Shown: piece after piece, positions 58,695 to 64,000 of the stretch
How the letters are laid out: each line of letters opens with the position of its first letter
How positions within the stretch are numbered: the first letter of the stretch is position 1
Assembly: GCA_048939015.1 (NCBI GenBank)
Contig: JBHLPW010000001.1
Location: forward strand, 16,185-80,184
Direction: 5' to 3'
From: Promethearchaeota archaeon
Lineage (GTDB): Archaea > Asgardarchaeota > Lokiarchaeia > Sigyniarchaeales > SOKP01
Length of the DNA stretch: 64,000 nucleotides
The notes under the pieces: model-generated
What the model was told of the DNA's origin: nothing
Database searches by the model: none
Seen by the model: only the letters and a program-made list of their open reading frames with translations
Translations under genes and position numbers: made by a program

Positions 58695-60104
58695 ATGAAA
58701 GATTTTGATTTAATCATTGTAGGTGCTGGACCTGGAGGATCGATGGCAGCAAAAACTGCTGTAGAAAAAGGATTAAAAACAATTTTTTTTGAACGCAGTC
58801 GTAAGCCTGGTGAAAAAAATTCTTCTGGGTGTGGATTAGGACCACGTATGTTTAGAGATTTTCCTGAAATGATGAAAAATTTAACTCCCGATAAGTGTCC
58901 TTCAATGAGAGCTGGAGCTGCTTCACGTAACTATTTTATAAATGAAGATGATATTGTGGCAGGATATATTATGGCTCGGCCTACAGAATCTGTTTCATAC
59001 GAACCTGCTAAATCTTGGATTACAATGAATGTGTATCGTAGTGAATTTGACCCCTGGATTGCAAAGTTTGCGACCGATGCAGGTGCTGAATTAAAAACTT
59101 CAACGTTAATTGTAGATCTATTAAAAGAGGATGGTAGAGTGTGTGGTGTGATTGACGAAAAAGGAGAAAAATATAAGGCTCCACTTGTTATTGGAGCAGA
59201 TGGTGTTATTTCAATTGTTGCTCAAAAATCTGGATTGAGGAATAAATGGGCTCAAAATCAGGTAACACTAGTACCCCAATATGATTTTCAAGCACCACCA
59301 GATAAGATTGATGATATTATGGGTGATGAAACCTTAGGTATCTGGTGGGGTTCAACATTTCCATCATCATACCAAGTCTTTTTTAATGATGGATTCCATC
59401 AAGGATTAGGAAATTGGATGAATTGGTGGGACCGGAATCCATTATATTATTTAAATCGTGTTATTAATCTAAAATATTATCAAAGATTGTTAAAACTCCT
59501 TGATGCTAAACCACGTGAACTTCAAGCTCATCTACTCCCATGGTTAGATTATCCTAATAATACGCATACTGATGGTGTTATATTAATTGGAGATGCTGGT
59601 GGTTTTCCATGTCCTCTTGAGGCCGAGGGAATATATCCTGCTATGGTTACAGGAAAGGTTGCCGCAGAAGTAGCCTCTGAACTGGTATCATCTGAAGATG
59701 TATCCAAATCAACACTCAAAAAATTTGATGAGAAGTGGCAACAAACTAGTATTGGCAAAGAGTTTGAGGCGGGATTTGAGCTATACAATATTTGGAAAGC
59801 ACTACCCTTTAGCCCAAAAGAAACTATGTCATGGTTCGTACCAATGATAATGGAAATCATTGGAGGTATTTTTGATTGGTCTCAACCTCATGCTTTAAGA
59901 GTAAGACAAATTATAAGTCATGTAAAGTCATATATGCCTAAAGCGACACCTTTTATAATGGCATATGTATTTCCCCTATTAGCTAAGGTTTTCGAAGATG
60001 ATTTAGATAAGTTAATGGATCCTAAGAAAATTATGAAGGTATTACCTAAACTATTAGAAATGCTCCCACAGAAAAAGAAAAAAAGAGGCGGAGAACAAAA
60101 ATGA
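58695..60104 (+). CDS. fixC: FAD-dependent oxidoreductase, FixC / ETF-quinone oxidoreductase-like
   Basis: DLIIVGAGPGGSMAAKTAVEKGLKTIFFER (GxGxxG), GADGVISIVAQK, LIGDAGGF. Followed by a FixX-like gene with a 4-nt ATGA overlap. Confidence 0.75.
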   Translation: MKDFDLIIVGAGPGGSMAAKTAVEKGLKTIFFERSRKPGEKNSSGCGLGPRMFRDFPEMMKNLTPDKCPSMRAGAASRNYFINEDDIVAGYIMARPTESVSYEPAKSWITMNVYRSEFDPWIAKFATDAGAELKTSTLIVDLLKEDGRVCGVIDEKGEKYKAPLVIGADGVISIVAQKSGLRNKWAQNQVTLVPQYDFQAPPDKIDDIMGDETLGIWWGSTFPSSYQVFFNDGFHQGLGNWMNWWDRNPLYYLNRVINLKYYQRLLKLLDAKPRELQAHLLPWLDYPNNTHTDGVILIGDAGGFPCPLEAEGIYPAMVTGKVAAEVASELVSSEDVSKSTLKKFDEKWQQTSIGKEFEAGFELYNIWKALPFSPKETMSWFVPMIMEIIGGIFDWSQPHALRVRQIISHVKSYMPKATPFIMAYVFPLLAKVFEDDLDKLMDPKKIMKVLPKLLEMLPQKKKKRGGEQK

Positions 60105-60370
60105 ATATTGAATTAGATGGTTTGACAAAACGAATTACAGATACGGGAAACTTTATTTCAATAGATAATGATAAATGTAATAATTGTGGACGCTGTTTAG
60201 TTATATGTGTTATGAATTTATGGCGTAAAAAAGAAGGAAAAATCTATATAATAGACAATTATCAAACAAAATGTTTAGAATGTGCTGCTTGTTATCAAGT
60301 ATGTGATGCTGGGGCAATTAGTTTTAAATATCCTAAAGGTGGTACAGGTATAGTTATTGAAAAAGGATGA
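60101..60370 (+). CDS. fixX: Ferredoxin-like protein FixX
   Basis: 89 aa. CNNCGRCLVIC...CLECAACYQVCDAGAISFKYPKGGTGI is the FixX pattern. Confidence 0.75.
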   Translation: MNIELDGLTKRITDTGNFISIDNDKCNNCGRCLVICVMNLWRKKEGKIYIIDNYQTKCLECAACYQVCDAGAISFKYPKGGTGIVIEKG

Positions 60371-60399
60371 ATCAAATTTAAAGGAAGGAATTTTTTGCA

Positions 60400-61383
60400 T
60401 TATAAAATAAATTTCGCTTGTTCAGCTGAGCCTAAAGTATTTTTGTTTCTTTCTTTAATCATATCAATTAACTCTTGACGGGCTAAGCCTAAATATTTTC
60501 TAGGACCAATTTGCTCTGGATGCTCCGCAAAATATTTTCTAATCATTGCTGTAAAAACCATTCGACTATCTGTAGCAATATTGATCTTGCATACCCCATA
60601 TTGAGTTGCTTTCTTTAACTGAGCTTCTGGTATTCCAAATGCTTTTGATAAAGTACCTCCAAATTCATTAATAATGTTAGCATATTTCTGGGGTATTGAA
60701 GATGAACCATGTAAAACAATTGGAAACTCTCCTAACCGTTTCCTTATTTCCTGAAGAATATCAAACCGTAATTCTGGTATATCTTCTACCTTTTCTACCT
60801 TAAATTTATAAGCTCCATGTGAAGTACCAATCGCAATTGCTAATGAATCACATCTAGTTCGATTTACAAAATCCTCTACTTGATCGGGATCAGTATAAAA
60901 ATGCTCAGTCGATTTTACATGACCTTCAATACCGGCAATAACTCCTAGTTCTGCTTCCACACTTACTTCACGCTCATGAGCATATAAAACTATCTTTTTA
61001 GTTATTTTAATATTTTCTTCATATGCTAAATGACTTCCATCAAACATAACACTTGAAAAACCATTATCTACACAGTCTTTTGCTAATTCAAATGAATTGC
61101 CATGATCCAAATGTAAAGCTATTGGTATATTATAGCCCAAATTTTGTGCCATTACCACTGCGCCCTTTGCTAAATATCTTACCATTGCCCGATTTGCATA
61201 TTCACCCGCCGCTGGACTATTTTGAAGTATTACTGGAGAATTTGTCTCTCCACACCCTATAATAATAGCTTGTAATTGCTCTAAATTGCTAAAATTGTAT
61301 CCTGGAACAGCAAATTTTCTTTTTAAAGCAACTTCAAACATTCTTTTTGTATTTGATAATCCTAATTCTTTATAAGAAACCAT
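60400..61383 (-). CDS. fba: Class II fructose-1,6-bisphosphate aldolase
   Basis: VPGYNFSNLEQLQAII, LHLDHG, MFDGSHL, EAELG, IGTSHGAYKF, LHGSSS. Confidence 0.88.
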   Translation of the reverse strand: MVSYKELGLSNTKRMFEVALKRKFAVPGYNFSNLEQLQAIIIGCGETNSPVILQNSPAAGEYANRAMVRYLAKGAVVMAQNLGYNIPIALHLDHGNSFELAKDCVDNGFSSVMFDGSHLAYEENIKITKKIVLYAHEREVSVEAELGVIAGIEGHVKSTEHFYTDPDQVEDFVNRTRCDSLAIAIGTSHGAYKFKVEKVEDIPELRFDILQEIRKRLGEFPIVLHGSSSIPQKYANIINEFGGTLSKAFGIPEAQLKKATQYGVCKINIATDSRMVFTAMIRKYFAEHPEQIGPRKYLGLARQELIDMIKERNKNTLGSAEQAKFIL

Positions 61384-61596
61384 TTTTTCTTCAATACATT
61401 TTGTCTTTAATTCAAATGTTGTATTGATATTGAAATATCTATCCTAATATAAATATAGATGCCTAATTATATGTTAAAAGGATTATAAAATTAATTTTAA
61501 GCAGAAATTGTGAAAACAAGTTAGAAAAAAGAGTATACTATAAATATATGTTTCATGCTACAGCAGTATATATAATAAAAAATTTTTTTGTAGTTT

Positions 61597-62490
61597 CTAA
61601 GTTGGTAATGTAATTTGTAGTTTATTCTTCAATTCCTTGTATCTTGAACGAAGAGTTACTTCAGTTATCCCTACTGATTCTACAATTTGTTGTTGGGTAG
61701 TTTCTTTATTTTTTATTCTGCTGGCTAGATATATAGCCCCAGCACATAAACCCTTAGGGTCTTTTCCACTAACAGAATATTTAGATCTATAAGCCTTTAG
61801 AATTTTAGTTGTTAATTGTTCGATTTCTGAATCTAATCCTAACTCATTTATATATCTAGGAATAAGGGATACAGGATCGGTTGATGGAGATTTTAAATTA
61901 AATTCTTGGATCAAAGTAGTATAACTTCTCCTTACATCCTTGGCATTTGCTGATGCTTCATTTGTTATCTCTTGAAGAGTTCTTGGTATTTTCTTTCTTC
62001 TACATGCTAGATATAAGCATGCAGCAACCATTGCATTAATGGATCTACCTCTTAATAATTTATTTTTAAAGGCTTCCTTATATAAGCGCATAGCATCCTC
62101 TCTTACATAGTTAGGTAAATTCAAATTAGTGCTTATTCTTTTTAATTCTGTGGATGCTATTAGTAAATTTCTTTTTTGCCATGTTATACGCGTATTCCAT
62201 TTAGCAGCTCTTTTTAAATCAGGATTACTTATTTTACTTCTGTCTATAACAGTGCTTAATCCCATATCTGGTAATAAAATTGAAATTGGAGCACCAGTTT
62301 GTTCTCTATTATGTTTTTCTTGATTAGTATATGCTCTCCTCCCATTATGTGAAAAATCTACATTTTTTTCGTCAATGACTAATCCACACTGATTACATAC
62401 AACATCTCCAGTGTTAATTAATTGAATTATTGATCCACCACATTCGGGACAAACATTTACCAAAACATTATTTTTAGTATTTAACCCCAA
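61597..62490 (-). CDS. tfb: Transcription initiation factor IIB (TFB)
   Basis: N-terminal zinc ribbon CPECGG...CNQCG, a B-linker and two cyclin-like repeats (NAMVAACLYLACR, GLCAGAIYLASR). TTG start in the ORF track. Confidence 0.9.
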   Translation of the reverse strand: MGLNTKNNVLVNVCPECGGSIIQLINTGDVVCNQCGLVIDEKNVDFSHNGRRAYTNQEKHNREQTGAPISILLPDMGLSTVIDRSKISNPDLKRAAKWNTRITWQKRNLLIASTELKRISTNLNLPNYVREDAMRLYKEAFKNKLLRGRSINAMVAACLYLACRRKKIPRTLQEITNEASANAKDVRRSYTTLIQEFNLKSPSTDPVSLIPRYINELGLDSEIEQLTTKILKAYRSKYSVSGKDPKGLCAGAIYLASRIKNKETTQQQIVESVGITEVTLRSRYKELKNKLQITLPT

Positions 62491-62592
62491 TATAATAACC
62501 TCAATATAATAATTTTAAATAAAATAATAAAACAATTGTAGACCAATTCTTATCTTTTCTATAATAATTAATTTTTTAATTCTAAAAATTAA

Positions 62593-63603
62593 TTAAACAC
62601 CTAATACTTGTAATTTTTCTAATAATTCTCTCTGATTCTTATTCAATTTCTGAGGGACTTTAATTTTGATTTTTATCATTAAATTCCCTCTTTGATTTGA
62701 ATTTATTTTATAAAAACCTTGATTTTTTAATCTAAGTAAGGATGAGTCATTAGTTCCTGCAGGTACTGATACATTTAATATATTTTCTACTCCACTGACT
62801 TGAATTTTCCCTCCAAGTGCCGCTGTTGTAAAAGGAACTTCTTGCTCAATATAGATATCATCATCTTTTCTTTCAAATTTAGGATGTTTTTTAATATGTA
62901 TAGCTATATAAAGATCTCCTATAGAACCTCCATTTTCACCAGGCATTCCTTTACCCTTTAACCGTAATTTTTGATCATCTTTAATACCTCTTGGAATGTT
63001 TACATTTAAATTTTTCATTTGACCAGAAACAGGATCTTTATACTGAACTTTTTTTTTACTCCCATTAAAGGCATCCATGAAATCGATTTCCATATCATAT
63101 CTCAGATCGTCTCCTTCTCTAGGAACATTATTATAATTTGGAGATCTTGCCCTAGTGCTTCCCCTTCCCCCTCTATTAAAAACATCAAATATATCTCCTA
63201 AATCGTTAAAAAAATCGAATCCACCACCTCTACTTCCAGAATTATTACGATTGCCAAAAATTTCACTGAAATCAAAACCTCCCGGTGAACCCGATGTAGA
63301 ATAATAATAGGTTGTGCCATCTGGACTTTGATGAACTCTTCCTCCTCCCGGAACCCCACTCCAATTTTGATATGAAGATGTATCTCCTTCTACAACACCA
63401 AATCTATCATACATATCTCTTTTTTTGTCATCGCTTAATATTGTATAAGCTTCGTTTATCTCTTTAAATTTCTCTCCTGATTTTGGCTCATCTGGATTTA
63501 CATCTGGATGATATTTTCGAGCCATTTTACGAAAGGCTCTCTTAATCTCTTCTTTTGAAGCTCCTTTATTTATTCCTAAAATTTTATAATAATCTTTTGC
63601 CAT
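62593..63603 (-). CDS. dnaJ: J-domain co-chaperone, type II (CbpA/DnaJB-like, no zinc-finger domain)
   Basis: J domain [31 protein letters not shown], a G/F-rich linker and C-terminal substrate-binding domains. No CxxCxGxG repeats. Confidence 0.85.
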   Translation of the reverse strand: MAKDYYKILGINKGASKEEIKRAFRKMARKYHPDVNPDEPKSGEKFKEINEAYTILSDDKKRDMYDRFGVVEGDTSSYQNWSGVPGGGRVHQSPDGTTYYYSTSGSPGGFDFSEIFGNRNNSGSRGGGFDFFNDLGDIFDVFNRGGRGSTRARSPNYNNVPREGDDLRYDMEIDFMDAFNGSKKKVQYKDPVSGQMKNLNVNIPRGIKDDQKLRLKGKGMPGENGGSIGDLYIAIHIKKHPKFERKDDDIYIEQEVPFTTAALGGKIQVSGVENILNVSVPAGTNDSSLLRLKNQGFYKINSNQRGNLMIKIKIKVPQKLNKNQRELLEKLQVLGV

Positions 63604-63688
63604 AATTTACAACCTCATCATGTAATCATGAAAAATAATTTGGTAAACAATAGTTTATAAAAAAATAAAAAAATAAAAAAAATTGAAC

Positions 63689-64000
63689 TTAGTCATATTC
63701 AGCATCAACTACATTATCATCTTGACCTGTTGCTTTTCGGAATTGTTCTTCTTCGATTTCATCTTGAGATTTACCTTGGTATCCATATGTTGCCCCCGGT
63801 GGAACATCTCCCATACCTCCAGGGGGAGCTCCTTGATATGCTCCTTGATAAGGACCTTGTTGTTGACCATATATACGAGATGAAACTTCATGTAATGAAT
63901 TCTGTAAAGCTTCTGTAGCACTCTTAATTCTACTGACATCATCAGATTCCATCGCACTTCTTAAGTCAGAAATTTTATCGAGTATTTTTGATTTTAAGTC
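63689..64000 (-). CDS. dnaK: Chaperone DnaK (Hsp70), C-terminal end only; gene continues beyond the window
   Basis: The frame is open to nt 64000 (DLKSKILDKISDLRSAMESDDVSRIKSATEALQNSLHEVSSRIY...). G/Q/P-rich tail ending DDNVVDAEYD, immediately upstream of the J-protein gene. Confidence 0.75.
   Translation of the reverse strand, partial: DLKSKILDKISDLRSAMESDDVSRIKSATEALQNSLHEVSSRIYGQQQGPYQGAYQGAPPGGMGDVPPGATYGYQGKSQDEIEEEQFRKATGQDDNVVDAEYD

Noticed and set aside
63683-63957. Three extra ORFs overlapping the dnaK 3' end (63683-63883 plus strand, 63709-63957 minus strand, 63730-63918 plus strand).
   Set aside because: Only the 63689-64000 minus frame gives the characteristic DnaK C-terminal tail and stays open to the window edge.
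1-64000. Search for tRNA, rRNA or other structured-RNA genes as GC-rich islands in intergenic regions.
   Set aside because: No intergenic segment shows the GC-rich, stem-dense character expected of tRNA or rRNA in an AT-rich genome. The only strong stems are the hairpins at 46292-46410, which are too AT-rich and simple for a tRNA.

Overview
AT-rich (roughly 30% GC by eye) archaeal chromosomal segment with about 55 protein-coding genes on both strands. I saw no rRNA, tRNA, CRISPR array or recognisable mobile element. The information-processing genes are archaeal/eukaryote-like: TFB, proteasome alpha, a family-B DNA polymerase, three tandem RFC clamp-loader genes and a RadA/RadB-like paralogue. 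They sit beside a Ras/Rab-like small GTPase and a longin/roadblock-like protein, so I infer an Asgard (Lokiarchaeia-like) source. This cannot be proven without a database search. Metabolic content is mostly acyl-CoA chemistry (three AMP-dependent acyl-CoA synthetases, two crotonases) and FAD/Fe-S redox enzymes (two GlcD-like, one GlcF/HdrD-like, FixC-FixX). There are also amidohydrolases, Liv-type ABC ATPases, an MFS/PadR pair, PepT, class II FBP aldolase and DnaK-DnaJ. The standout is a ~6 kb gene (28589-34633) encoding a ~2,014-aa protein made of about 16 three-helix MIT/TPR-like modules separated by charged coiled-coil spacers. Its central modules are near-identical at the DNA level and visibly mosaic. 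It lies co-directionally downstream of the small GTPase, proteasome alpha and a small winged-helix-like protein. A second theme is three replication/repair paralogues with degenerate catalytic motifs: an exonuclease-dead PolB with a variant motif C, an RFC small-subunit paralogue without Walker B, and a RadA-like protein without Walker A/B. All family calls are motif recognition by eye. Several ORF-track starts are GTG/TTG and were moved to nearby ATGs where that looked more plausible.
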